The position numbers and the translations under genes were made by a program. Positions 10,789 to 20,735 of a DNA stretch of 64,000 bases are shown here, piece by piece. Under the pieces are notes generated by a model. It saw only the letters and a program-made list of their open reading frames with translations, searched no databases and was not told the origin of the DNA. The DNA lies in assembly GCA_013298595.1 (NCBI GenBank), contig JAAFIG010000006.1:5-64004 (forward strand). The letters are read 5' to 3'. The DNA is from Deinococcales bacterium (GTDB lineage: Bacteria > Deinococcota > Deinococci > Deinococcales > JAAFIG01). Position 1 is the stretch's first letter, and the number at the start of each line of letters is the position of its first letter.

Positions 10789-11721
10789 ATGCAGGTTGTG
10801 ACTCGAGCAGTAGAAGCCATTGAACTGGGCGCAAGTTTATACGTTCCAGCTACCAGACCAGACCTTGTTGCCATTGGACAAGGGCGGCAAATTCCGAATT
10901 TACGCAGTGTGATTTATTGTTGTGAAGATTCAATCAAAGCAACCGATTTACCCCTGGCATTAGATAACCTCAAAACTGCACTGCCTTTTTTGACTCAGCC
11001 AAGGCTACGTTTTGCTCGTCCACGCAATCCAGATGTTCTCGAGGCAATGCTGCAATTACCTTTGATTGAAAACCTGCACGGATTTGTCTTACCAAAAGTT
11101 ACGGCTTCTAACTTAGGGCAGTACTTAAAAGTTCTTCGTCACTCGAGTAACGGTTTTACATTTCAGTACATGATAACTGTCGAAACCAAAGAGGCTTTTT
11201 CGGTGGGTAAAATGGAGCGTTTACGTGATTTATTACTGGCTTCGGAGTTACCTGTGTTATCCATTCGGATTGGTGGTAACGACTTACTGAATTTGCTTTC
11301 TTTACGACGACAACGTGGCATGGTGGCGTATCAAACACCACTTGGTTTAGTGATTCAGCAATTGGTCAATGTTTTTAAGCCGTATGGTTTTAGTGTAGCT
11401 GCGCCTGTTTACGATTTTACCGACGACCCAGAAACCCTGATTTCCGAGGCGTTACTCGATGTGCAATACGGATTGGTTGGCAAAACAGCGATTCATCCTC
11501 GGCAAATTGCATCAATTGAAGCAGCTTACCAAGTTCGGGCTGAAGATGTCATTGCGGCTCGAGCCATTCTTGCCCCCGATGCACCTGCTGTTTTTCGCAT
11601 TGGCGATCAGATGTGCGAACCAGCAACACATCATCAATGGGCAAAAAGTATTTTACAACAAGCCCGAATTTACGGCGAATTACCTGCTCGTAACACGCAA
11701 CTCGAGGAACAACATGCCTAA
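10789..11721 (+). CDS. HpcH/HpaI aldolase / citrate lyase family protein (Ter-associated)
   Basis: LGASLYVPATR, CCEDS, GFVLPK, RIGGND, GKTAIHP. Confidence 0.88.
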   Translation: MQVVTRAVEAIELGASLYVPATRPDLVAIGQGRQIPNLRSVIYCCEDSIKATDLPLALDNLKTALPFLTQPRLRFARPRNPDVLEAMLQLPLIENLHGFVLPKVTASNLGQYLKVLRHSSNGFTFQYMITVETKEAFSVGKMERLRDLLLASELPVLSIRIGGNDLLNLLSLRRQRGMVAYQTPLGLVIQQLVNVFKPYGFSVAAPVYDFTDDPETLISEALLDVQYGLVGKTAIHPRQIASIEAAYQVRAEDVIAARAILAPDAPAVFRIGDQMCEPATHHQWAKSILQQARIYGELPARNTQLEEQHA

Positions 11722-11753
11722 ACTGATTGAGGAGCAACATGCCTAAACTGATT
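11704..11753 (+). repeat. 25 bp tandem duplication of an RBS and start codon
   Basis: GAGGAACAACATGCCTAAACTGATT followed by GAGGAGCAACATGCCTAAACTGATT (1 mismatch). Confidence 0.95.
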
Positions 11754-12524
11754 AGCGATGCCATGAAAGTGGTAGAAACCAAAACCATTGCTGGCACAAC
11801 CATCGAAATTATTGAATACACCGAATTACGTGGTGCAGGTTCACCAGCCGAAATTTACTACCGCGAAAAACTAGGCATTCGCTTAAAAACCATTTGTGTG
11901 ACCCTGCAAAATAGTGCTTTTACCTCCGAACCAGGGGCGCTGCATTACATGCAAGGCAAAATCGAAATGAAATCCGAAGGTGGTGGCGGCGCAGGTGGTT
12001 TTCTCAACCGAGCTATTCAAAGCATGGCAACTGGCGAAACCATGTACAAAACCGAGTACAAAGGCACAGGTTTAATTTACCTCGAGCCAACCTATAATCA
12101 TTATTTGATGCTTGAGATAGATAACGATGAAATTGTCACCGATAAAGGTGCGTTTGTGGCAGCCGCTGGAAATTTTTCGTACCACATTAAAAAACCCGAT
12201 TCAGTACTGGCAGGTGTACTGGGTGGCGAAGGCATTTTTCAACCCATGGTGCGTGGCAGTGGGGTGGTTATTTTGCAAACCCCAGTACCACAAGCCGAAT
12301 TACAAACCGTTGTTCTCGAGAATGATCAATTGATTGTCGATGGAAATTTTGCCGTGGCTCGCACAGGACAAATCAGTATGTCCATTCAAAAATCGCAAAA
12401 ATCCTTATTAGGCTCGATGCGTGGCGGCGAAGGTTTAGTGACTGTTTTCAAAGGCAGTGGCGTAATTTGGTTAGCACCAACAGCCAGATTGTACCAACCA
12501 AGTATACTAGCACCTGTCAGCTAA
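11739..12524 (+). CDS. AIM24-family protein
   Basis: EPGALHYMQG, GTGLIYLEP, GGEGIFQ, GGEGLV..FKGSG. Confidence 0.85.
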   Translation: MPKLISDAMKVVETKTIAGTTIEIIEYTELRGAGSPAEIYYREKLGIRLKTICVTLQNSAFTSEPGALHYMQGKIEMKSEGGGGAGGFLNRAIQSMATGETMYKTEYKGTGLIYLEPTYNHYLMLEIDNDEIVTDKGAFVAAAGNFSYHIKKPDSVLAGVLGGEGIFQPMVRGSGVVILQTPVPQAELQTVVLENDQLIVDGNFAVARTGQISMSIQKSQKSLLGSMRGGEGLVTVFKGSGVIWLAPTARLYQPSILAPVS

Positions 12525-12534
12525 AGGAGGTTGT

Positions 12535-13728
12535 ATGCAATTGCAACGCGGTCAACGAAGCAAACTCACAGATTTGGGACTAGGACAGCAATTTATCGTA
12601 GCGCTCGAGATCACAGGTGGCAATCTGAGTTTTGATACAGCTTGTTTTGGTTTAGATAATCAAGAGCGTTTATCAAATGATGCGTACATGATTTTTTATA
12701 ATCAGACCGCTTCTCCAGACCAAGCCATTACCTACAGCGCACCTCGAGAACATTTGTACACCCTAAATTTAGCAGTCTTAAATAGCAGTATTCAAAAATT
12801 GGTTTTAACCATTACTGCCCCAGAACCATATAGTTTAACCAGCATAGATCAAGGCAGTATTATCATGCGGCAAACAAATGGCACAGAAGTGGCTCGGTAC
12901 AGTTTTACAGGTAAAGATTTTACTGCCGAAAAAGCCGTTATGGGTCTCGAGATTTATGTTAAGGATGGTGTTTGGCGTTTACATGCTTGCGGACAAGGTT
13001 TTGTGGGTGGTTTGGCTGCCTTAGTCACCCATTTTGGTGGCGAAGTGGCATCACCATCCCCTCAAGCTGCACCACCAGCCCCTGTGGTTACTCCTCCGCC
13101 CGTAATTGTGCCACCACCAACACCAGTGATTTCATTGACCAAAGTCACACTCGAGAAACGTGGTGAAGTGGCGAAAATTTCGCTTCGCAAAGAAGGCTCA
13201 AATGCCATTCATGTCAACCTCAATTGGAATCAACAAGCCAAACGAGGTTTTTTGGGCATGAGTACCCCAGCAGCCGACTTAGACCTTGGTTGTATGTTTG
13301 AAATGATGGATGGTAACAAAGGTGTATTGCAAGCTCTTGGTAATAAAATGGGGCGCAAAGGCGATTACCCATTTATTTATGTCGACAAAGATGATCGCAG
13401 CGGTGCATCTGCCAATGGTGAAAATTTATTTATCGAACGCCCTGATTTAATTAAACGGGTCATGATTTTTGCGTATATCTACGAAGGAGCAAAAGCAGGT
13501 TTTCAAGGGGTCGAAGGGCGTATGAGTATGACCGACCCTGCGGGTAACGAAATTAAATTAGCCCTCAACAACCCCGATTCGCGTTTAACTTTTTGTTGTG
13601 TTGCCTTGGTGCAACAAGTCAATGGCGAAGTTTCAATCCGTAAAGACGAAAATTATTTTCAACACCACGGACAAGCCGACGAACATTACGGCTTTGGTTT
13701 CCGCTGGAGCGCTGGCAGCAAAGACTAA
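12535..13728 (+). CDS. terA: TerD-like plus TerA-like two-domain protein
   Basis: N-terminal TerD fold (FYNQ, WRLHACGQGF), Pro-rich linker, VNLNW, DLDLGC, DDRSG, FAYIYEG, WSAGSKD. Confidence 0.8.
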   Translation: MQLQRGQRSKLTDLGLGQQFIVALEITGGNLSFDTACFGLDNQERLSNDAYMIFYNQTASPDQAITYSAPREHLYTLNLAVLNSSIQKLVLTITAPEPYSLTSIDQGSIIMRQTNGTEVARYSFTGKDFTAEKAVMGLEIYVKDGVWRLHACGQGFVGGLAALVTHFGGEVASPSPQAAPPAPVVTPPPVIVPPPTPVISLTKVTLEKRGEVAKISLRKEGSNAIHVNLNWNQQAKRGFLGMSTPAADLDLGCMFEMMDGNKGVLQALGNKMGRKGDYPFIYVDKDDRSGASANGENLFIERPDLIKRVMIFAYIYEGAKAGFQGVEGRMSMTDPAGNEIKLALNNPDSRLTFCCVALVQQVNGEVSIRKDENYFQHHGQADEHYGFGFRWSAGSKD

Positions 13729-13771
13729 AATCAACCCTAAGCCCTCTCGTGCATACATGTAGGAGTTCATT

Positions 13772-14347
13772 ATGGCAATTACGCTCAGCAAAGGTGGCAA
13801 TATCTCACTTTCAAAAACCGATCCAAGTCTAACCAAATTAATTATTGGCTTAGGTTGGGATACTCGAGCCACCGATGGACAAGATTTTGATTTAGATGCC
13901 AGTGCTTTTTTAACCAACGCTGCTGGCAAAACCCGTGGCGATAGTGACTTTATTTTCTATAATAATTTATCAACCCCAGATGGTGTGACTCACACAGGCG
14001 ATAACCGAACAGGGGAAGGTGATGGTGACGACGAACAAATCAAAGTAGATTTAACAAAAATACCTGCCGATGTTGCTTCGGTCTTTATGAGCGTAACAAT
14101 TCACGATGCCGATGCACGCCGTCAGAATTTTGGACAAGTCCGTAATGCTTTTGCTAGGGTAGTCAATGAAGCCACCAACGTCGAAGTTGCCCGTTACGAT
14201 CTTGGCGAGGACTTCTCCACAGAAACCGCTGTGATTTTCTGCGAAGTGTACCGCAACGGTGCCGAATGGAAATTCCGAGCTGTTGGACAAGGTTTTGCAG
14301 GTGGTTTAAATGCCTTAGTGCGTCATTACGGTTTAAACGTCGGTTAA
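13772..14347 (+). CDS. terD: TerD/TerE-family protein
   Basis: [42 protein letters not shown]. Confidence 0.93.
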   Translation: MAITLSKGGNISLSKTDPSLTKLIIGLGWDTRATDGQDFDLDASAFLTNAAGKTRGDSDFIFYNNLSTPDGVTHTGDNRTGEGDGDDEQIKVDLTKIPADVASVFMSVTIHDADARRQNFGQVRNAFARVVNEATNVEVARYDLGEDFSTETAVIFCEVYRNGAEWKFRAVGQGFAGGLNALVRHYGLNVG

Positions 14348-14368
14348 AGAAATCTTCTCTCGAGGTCA

Positions 14369-15418
14369 ATGAATATGATGGTACGTGAATTTGCTTTTTC
14401 AATTGGTTTAACCGTGATTTGTTTAGTTTTAGCAACGGTTTATGGGTATAACACTGGTGGGATTGCCACAGCGTTTTCGTTTTTTACCATTGCCGTTATT
14501 CTTGGTATCATGGAACTTTCGTTATCTTTTGATAACGCTGTAGTTAACGCTTCTGTTCTTAAAAATATGAGTCCTGTTTGGCAGCAACGTTTCTTAACTT
14601 GGGGTATTTTAATTGCTGTTTTTGGAATGCGTTTTATCTTCCCAATTGTCATCGTAGCAGTTGTAGCTAACCTTGGATTTCTCGAGGTACTGAACATGGC
14701 ATTTACCGATTCAGCGCGGTATGCCAAAGAACTCACCTCCGCTGAAGTCCCGATTAGTGCCTTTGGTGGCACATTTCTGATGCTAGTCTTCTTAAAGTAC
14801 CTGATGGATTCCGACAAAGATATTCACTGGTTTGAAGGACTCGAGAAACGCCTTGCTGGTATCGGACGACTCGACACAATCCAAGTTTTTATAACAGGAA
14901 CATTATTACTCCTTTGTGTACAATTTCTCGTTCCAACAGAAGAACGTTTATCTGCCCTCACTTCTGGCATGGTAGGCATCCTCATTTATGTTTTTGTAGA
15001 TGCACTTGGTGGGTTATTCAATGCTGATGATATGGCAGCTAACGCAGGTAAAGCTGGACTTGCTAGTTTTATCTACCTAGAAGTACTCGACGCTTCGTTC
15101 TCTTTAGATGGTGTGATCGGCGCGTTTGCGATTACTCGAGATGTAGTCATTATTTCAGCTGGGTTGTGTATTGGTGCAGCATTTGTACGCTCAATTACCT
15201 TGCTATTGGTTAAAAGTAATACCCTACAAGCCTACCGTTACCTCGAGCATGGCGCACATTATGGTATTGGAGCATTAGCCACAATCATGCTTTTATCCAT
15301 GAGCCACGATATTCATATTCCCGAATTGGTAACTGGTTTAATTGGTGTTGCATTTATTGTCATGTCCATTTACTCTTCGATGCAGTACAACAAAAGAAAT
15401 CCCAGTACCAGTAGTTAA
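14369..15418 (+). CDS. TerC-like membrane protein (DUF475 type)
   Basis: ELSLSFDNAVVNA, FLTWGILIAVFGMR, YLEVLDASFSLDGVIGAFAIT, YLEHGAH. Confidence 0.9.
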   Translation: MNMMVREFAFSIGLTVICLVLATVYGYNTGGIATAFSFFTIAVILGIMELSLSFDNAVVNASVLKNMSPVWQQRFLTWGILIAVFGMRFIFPIVIVAVVANLGFLEVLNMAFTDSARYAKELTSAEVPISAFGGTFLMLVFLKYLMDSDKDIHWFEGLEKRLAGIGRLDTIQVFITGTLLLLCVQFLVPTEERLSALTSGMVGILIYVFVDALGGLFNADDMAANAGKAGLASFIYLEVLDASFSLDGVIGAFAITRDVVIISAGLCIGAAFVRSITLLLVKSNTLQAYRYLEHGAHYGIGALATIMLLSMSHDIHIPELVTGLIGVAFIVMSIYSSMQYNKRNPSTSS

Positions 15419-15426
15419 GGTTCTTT

Positions 15427-16629
15427 ATGCAGTTACTTAACCGTGGTCAACGCATTAAATTAAGTCAGTATTCACTTGGTTCGCAATTTACCTGCCAAGT
15501 GAGTGTTCAAAATGCTGCCATTGCACCAATAGTTATGGCAACCATAACCAACAGTGAACAACGCATTCAAAATTCACAAGGTATTATCAGCCAAAAACAA
15601 AGCCATGCAGCTATTCAAGTCAGTAATCAAACCAGCAACCAAACCAATTTCTTAGTTGATCTCGAGAAATTACACCCAAATGAACAAATTGTTTTAGTAA
15701 TTGCATTTTCTATCAGAAAAAATAAATTATTTGAGGAAATCAAAGTTTCAATTGGTAAAGACTTGGTTTTTGTTTTACCTCATGCTGATTACTCGCAAGA
15801 ACAAAGTATTATTTTAGGTGTCTTCTACGAAAAAGATCAAGAAAAACGTTTCCATGCCTACGGCAATGGTTACTTTGACAGCATCAATGGTTTAACAGGA
15901 CATTTCGGCTACGATTTCCGTAGTGTCCTCGAGCCAACTCCAGCACCAACAACAAGCGCACCACAGCAAAACTCGAATCATAAACCCAGCAGCAATCATC
16001 AATTACCCATTCGTTTACCAAATTACTGGGCTGGTCGGCAAAACCTAGCTATTCCCAGTGGTTTGGTGACTTCGATTCAATTTATCGAAGTTGAACAACT
16101 CGATGGGCAACGAGCCAGTGGCAGTGGTTTTGCTATTAGTCCAGGTGGGTTTTTAATGACTTGTTATCATGTCATCGAAGATGCGGCTCGAGTTTCGATT
16201 ATCACCGAGCAAACCAGCCAATCTCGAGAAGCCATTGTGGTTGCATCCGACGAGCATCACGATCTTGCGCTGCTTTGGGTCACCGATCAACAAGGTTTTA
16301 CCGATTGGTTACAACTTGATCTCGAGCGTGAACCACAATTGGGCGATGAACTTGGTTTACTGGCTTACCCACTTGGTAATACCTTTGGACGCAATGTCAC
16401 GTACTCCAAAGGCATTATTAACGGCATCCGCGAACAAGAAGGCACACCTTTTTTGCAAATAGACACAGGTGCAGCCCCAGGCTCGAGTGGAGGAGCAATT
16501 TTCTCCAGTCAAACAGGTAAAGTTATTGGTGTTTTACATGGTGGATTACCACTTGGGCATGGCATGATTATTAATTTAGGCATTGATATCCGCAATGTTA
16601 AACAACTTGGTTGGGTTATCGGCACTTAA
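15427..16629 (+). CDS. Divergent TerD-like domain fused to a trypsin-like serine protease
   Basis: N-terminus LLNRGQRIKL...RFHAYGNGY resembles TerD; catalytic triad motifs TCYHVI, HDLALL, GSSGG. Confidence 0.8.
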   Translation: MQLLNRGQRIKLSQYSLGSQFTCQVSVQNAAIAPIVMATITNSEQRIQNSQGIISQKQSHAAIQVSNQTSNQTNFLVDLEKLHPNEQIVLVIAFSIRKNKLFEEIKVSIGKDLVFVLPHADYSQEQSIILGVFYEKDQEKRFHAYGNGYFDSINGLTGHFGYDFRSVLEPTPAPTTSAPQQNSNHKPSSNHQLPIRLPNYWAGRQNLAIPSGLVTSIQFIEVEQLDGQRASGSGFAISPGGFLMTCYHVIEDAARVSIITEQTSQSREAIVVASDEHHDLALLWVTDQQGFTDWLQLDLEREPQLGDELGLLAYPLGNTFGRNVTYSKGIINGIREQEGTPFLQIDTGAAPGSSGGAIFSSQTGKVIGVLHGGLPLGHGMIINLGIDIRNVKQLGWVIGT

Positions 16630-17642
16630 AGAATCAACATTGCATCACCCAAACTATAAAAACGATAATTCGACTCGAGGGCAGCCTGATACGCTGCCCT
16701 CATGGTTGAAAAACCAGCAAAGGCTGCCACCAGCATCAGCAGCGTTGAACGCGGTAAATGGAAATTGGTGATCAAACCATCAATCACACGCATTGTTTGT
16801 GGTGGACGAATAAATAATGCACTTTCTCGAGCACCCGCCAGCAATTTTGTACCATCCCAAGCTGTTTCTAAAGCCCGAGTTGAAGTTGTCCCAACGGCAA
16901 TCACACGACGTTGCTCAAGTTTAGCAAGATTAATAGCCGCCGCAGTGGAATCTGGAATGGTAAAAGGTTCACTGTGCATAACATGATTTTCGATACTATC
17001 CAAAACTGGTTTAAAGGTACCAGCCCCAACATGCAGCGTTAAAGGCACAATTTGCACACCCATACTGCGGATTTGCTCGAGTAATTCTGGCGTAAAATGC
17101 AGCCCAGCTGTCGGTGCAGCCACACTGCCAGCCTCTGCCGCATACACGGTTTGATAGCGCCCTCGAGCCGCAGCACTATCGGCAATGTATGGCGGTAACG
17201 GTAATGCCCCAAGTTCGGATAAATGCGGTTTAATATCCTCAGAAAAACGCAACAACCGCGCTCCATCCTCGAGCACCGCTGTCACTTCGGCTTGCACACC
17301 ACGTCCAAATTCGAGTATTCCGCCAATTGTCACGCGTTTAGCTGGTTTGAGAAACGCACTCCACACACAAAACTCGAGTTCACGTAACAACAACACCTCG
17401 AGTTTGCCACCTGTACGTTTGTGCGCCTCGAGCCGCGCCGGTATGACCTCGGTTTGGTTAATCACCAAAACATCGCCAGCACTGAGGAAAGTCGTGATAT
17501 CCCGAAAGATTTTATGTTCAAAAACCATGCCACCACGTGGCACAACCAACAATTGACTCGAGTCACGTGGCTCAGCCCCTGTTTGAGCAATACGCGACTC
17601 AGGTAAATCAAAATCGTAATCGGCTAAAGATAATCCGTTCAT
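16626..17642 (-). CDS. queA: S-adenosylmethionine:tRNA ribosyltransferase-isomerase
   Basis: DYDFDLP, PLPPYI, YQTVYA, AAPTAGLHFT, LHVGAGTF, TNFHLPRSTL. Confidence 0.97.
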   Translation of the reverse strand: MNGLSLADYDFDLPESRIAQTGAEPRDSSQLLVVPRGGMVFEHKIFRDITTFLSAGDVLVINQTEVIPARLEAHKRTGGKLEVLLLRELEFCVWSAFLKPAKRVTIGGILEFGRGVQAEVTAVLEDGARLLRFSEDIKPHLSELGALPLPPYIADSAAARGRYQTVYAAEAGSVAAPTAGLHFTPELLEQIRSMGVQIVPLTLHVGAGTFKPVLDSIENHVMHSEPFTIPDSTAAAINLAKLEQRRVIAVGTTSTRALETAWDGTKLLAGARESALFIRPPQTMRVIDGLITNFHLPRSTLLMLVAAFAGFSTMRAAYQAALESNYRFYSLGDAMLIL

Positions 17643-18244
17643 TACACCAAGTTATGTTGAGCAGCTTCGGCAGCAGCTTCAGCGGCATCCGCTTCGGCTG
17701 GAGTATTAGCAGAACGTTCGCGTAATGGCATAAAACCATCAATGATATCTGGCAAATGGGTAAATTTATCCACCATATCAATCAATTTTTGCGCCGTAGT
17801 TTCCTTAAAAGCAATCACTTCAACCCGTTTACCACGTTCCATCAGCACTTCAACAATATCGGTAAAATCGCCATCACCGCTGCCCAAAACAATCACATCC
17901 AAATGTTCGGCAAGACGCACCATATCGGCACAAATACCCATATCCCAATTGCCTTCCCAAATAATCTTACCAGCATCAGTGGTGTGATGCACTTGCAACG
18001 TCATACGACGCACCTTATACCCCAAAGTAGACAATTTATAAATAAAAGGCCAAGCGCTGGTATCCGATTCGCGTTCAACCACATAAGAAATAGCACGGAA
18101 TAACTCCCGACCTTCTTGCGTGCCGTATTTCAGTAAACTCTCGAAATTGACAGTGCGCTGATAATAATCTCGAGCCGAATGATACAAATTTTGAGTATCC
18201 ACGAAAATACCAACTTGCGGACGAATTTTCATTGATTGTGACAT
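17642..18244 (-). CDS. NYN-domain (LabA/DUF88) protein
   Basis: FVDTQNL, WDMGICAD, SGDGDF. Confidence 0.9.
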   Translation of the reverse strand: MSQSMKIRPQVGIFVDTQNLYHSARDYYQRTVNFESLLKYGTQEGRELFRAISYVVERESDTSAWPFIYKLSTLGYKVRRMTLQVHHTTDAGKIIWEGNWDMGICADMVRLAEHLDVIVLGSGDGDFTDIVEVLMERGKRVEVIAFKETTAQKLIDMVDKFTHLPDIIDGFMPLRERSANTPAEADAAEAAAEAAQHNLV

Positions 18245-18318
18245 TATAACTCCTTAAATTTATTGCCTGCAAAACAATTAATAACCAAAAAGGGCGAAAA
18301 CGAAAAACAAAATAAATT

Positions 18319-18351
18319 TACTTGACCTCGAGACCAACTCGAGATCAAGTA
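18319..18351. terminator. Hairpin built on two CTCGAG sites
   Basis: TACTTGAC-CTCGAG-accaa-CTCGAG-ATCAAGTA, just downstream of the 18361 stop codon. Confidence 0.55.
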
Positions 18352-18360
18352 TAAAAACGT

Positions 18361-18837
18361 TTAAAAAGCAGTTTTTTGACCACGTAACGCCATTGCACCA
18401 AGCCCTGCAAAGGCAATAAAAACAAGAGCCACTAACAAACCCGGTGTCCGATTCTGAGAACGTGGTTCCTCCAGTGTAAACTGGGCACTCGTGCTGCCAG
18501 CAGCGAGCACTTGCGTTGCTGCATAACGAGCATCGGGTTGCGTGATTTTAACAGTTACACTTGGCGAAGTATTGATACTTTTTAACATCACTTCACCTTT
18601 GAATTCAGCGTCACCAATTTTACCAAGCACCACTTCTTCAACAGCTTGGTTATTCCCAGGATCAACTGCCACGCTAACCATTGCACCATTCAAAGCAGCA
18701 TCGGCTTGCACTTGGGCTGTAACCATATTCTTACCCACTTGTAACCCTGCTGGCATCTGCACAGCCACCGTGATAGGTGCTGCCAAAGCAACAGCCGAAA
18801 AACCAAGAACCATAACAGTTATCAAAAATTGTTTCAT
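18361..18837 (-). CDS. Exported beta-sandwich protein with C-terminal membrane anchor
   Basis: Signal peptide MKQFL...ALA, beta-rich body, C-terminal TM helix followed by a basic tail. Confidence 0.7.
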   Translation of the reverse strand: MKQFLITVMVLGFSAVALAAPITVAVQMPAGLQVGKNMVTAQVQADAALNGAMVSVAVDPGNNQAVEEVVLGKIGDAEFKGEVMLKSINTSPSVTVKITQPDARYAATQVLAAGSTSAQFTLEEPRSQNRTPGLLVALVFIAFAGLGAMALRGQKTAF

Positions 18838-18921
18838 CAAAACCCCCAAAATACATTTCATTATCCAACAACCTTAAAGCTAGTAAGCCCATTGTACCGT
18901 TTTCAAAAACACAATTGCGAA

Positions 18922-19713
18922 TCACTCCCCTTGAAACTCGGGTTTACGCTTCTCGAGGAACGCAGTCACGCCTTCCTGCATGTCTTTGGTGGTGCTGACC
19001 ATACCAAATAAATCGGCTTCTAACTCGAGACCATCATTTAACGTTGTTGCCAAACCACGCCGCACCGCTTCTCGAGCCAAACCAAGCGCCACAGGCGCAT
19101 TTTTAATAATTGCTCGAACCAGAATTTCGGCTTCCTCAAGTGCATTATCAGCCACTCGGTTAACAATACCAAGGGTTAAAGCTTCATCGGCTGTGACAGA
19201 ACGTCCTGTCAGAATCAAATCCAAAGCCCGACCCTCACCAATCAAACGCGGTAAGCGCTGCGTACCGCCATACCCTGGAATAATACCAATGGTCACTTCT
19301 GGCAAACCCATTTTAGCTGTTTTAGCCGCCACCCGTAAATCGCATGCCAAAGCCAACTCGAGACCACCCCCCAGCGCAAAACCATTGATCGCAGCAATGG
19401 TTGGAATTGGCATTGCTGAAATACTCGAGAACACATCTTGCCCATTGAGCGCCAATTCACGCCCTTCAAACGCAGTAGCGATCCCCTTGAAATCGGCAAT
19501 ATCAGCACCAGCGACAAAAGCCTTATCACCATCGCCCGTAATAATCAGCGCTTGGGTTTCAGGAGGCTCGAGCACCGCTTCAAGTGCCATACCAAGTTCT
19601 TGCAGCATCTCGCCATTGAGAGCATTCAAAGCCTTAGGGCGTTGCAAAGTGATGATTGCAATAGCACCATCGTCGGAGAAGTCCAGTGTTAACGTATTAA
19701 AATCGTTTTCCAT
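18922..19713 (-). CDS. Enoyl-CoA hydratase (crotonase family)
   Basis: AFVAGADI, ALGGGLELALACD, GLPE..IGIIPGYGGTQRLPR. Confidence 0.95.
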   Translation of the reverse strand: MENDFNTLTLDFSDDGAIAIITLQRPKALNALNGEMLQELGMALEAVLEPPETQALIITGDGDKAFVAGADIADFKGIATAFEGRELALNGQDVFSSISAMPIPTIAAINGFALGGGLELALACDLRVAAKTAKMGLPEVTIGIIPGYGGTQRLPRLIGEGRALDLILTGRSVTADEALTLGIVNRVADNALEEAEILVRAIIKNAPVALGLAREAVRRGLATTLNDGLELEADLFGMVSTTKDMQEGVTAFLEKRKPEFQGE

Positions 19714-19815
19714 AACCCAGCAATTGTACTGCAAGAACACTAGGGAATTACCAAGCCTGAAAACGAAGATTAACTAAGCGGATTTTCAGGTGTGTTTTTT
19801 ATTTTTGCTGCTGTA

Positions 19816-20487
19816 TTAAGATTCCATTGTCTGATCAGAAAAAGGTAAATCTATATCTGCCATCAAAGGAGCAAACGAAACTCGAGCCATATAACGTTGC
19901 TTGCCACCTTTTGCTGCGTAACGCAAATACAAGTACAAAACCTCGCGTTGCAGTGCTTTAGCATCTTCAAAATCCAAATACAAATTTGTGATCCAACCAT
20001 CTATAAAAGGTGGTGCGTCCAAATCAAAGTAATTCCAATTGTTTTGCGGACTATTTGCCAAAGATACACTCAGTAAACCATCCTCTGAGGGTTCAAGACG
20101 CACACCCCAATCAGTACTTAAATCGCTTAATGAACGAACCAAGTTCTTATAAAAAATCGGTTGCCAGACTAAATTCCATTGCTCGAGCATAGCTTCAGCG
20201 GTTTCTAATTGAGTGGCTTTGAAGGGCACAAAGAACACATCCGCAACGCTGCGGTACCGTTTGACACGACTATCAGAGCTGACCAATTGAACCAATTCAA
20301 GTTTTTCAAAACGTCTGAGCCAATACAACAATCTGTTCAAACTCACATCGAGCACTCGAGCGGCATCAGAAGCACTAGATTCACGTCCGACAAAAGGTGC
20401 GAGGAAGCGCAAAATTGCAGGATCAGCCAGCAAAGAAGCAATCTCTTGGCGTTCAATACGCATCCACGGAACAACTTTGGAATTCAT
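19816..20487 (-). CDS. ArsR-like winged-helix regulator, Deinococcota type
   Basis: LLADP..LRFLAPF...SASDAAR.L....L.YWLRR HTH and KRYRSVAD.FFVPF motif. Confidence 0.75.
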   Translation of the reverse strand: MNSKVVPWMRIERQEIASLLADPAILRFLAPFVGRESSASDAARVLDVSLNRLLYWLRRFEKLELVQLVSSDSRVKRYRSVADVFFVPFKATQLETAEAMLEQWNLVWQPIFYKNLVRSLSDLSTDWGVRLEPSEDGLLSVSLANSPQNNWNYFDLDAPPFIDGWITNLYLDFEDAKALQREVLYLYLRYAAKGGKQRYMARVSFAPLMADIDLPFSDQTMES

Positions 20488-20585
20488 ACCTTAAAGTACC
20501 GCACAGCTTGGTGAAAATCTGCACTTCTTTTTTCAGTACCAATCGTTGCAGACTTGAATTCAGCAGTTTGCTTGAGAGGAGATTT

Positions 20586-20735
20586 ATGAATGTGGTCAGA
20601 TGGATTTTTATAATCAGGCATACAGTTGAAGCATGCAAACAACAAGTCGCAGGTCTTTTTCAATGGACTCGAGTCGCACGAGTCCAACAAATCAAGCAAA
20701 TACACATCACCAAAAACTCTTCTAAGGCGCGCTAA
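20586..20735 (+). CDS. Putative 49 aa small protein
   Basis: GAGAGGAG RBS just before ATG 20586; divergent from the wHTH gene. Confidence 0.4.
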   Translation: MNVVRWIFIIRHTVEACKQQVAGLFQWTRVARVQQIKQIHITKNSSKAR

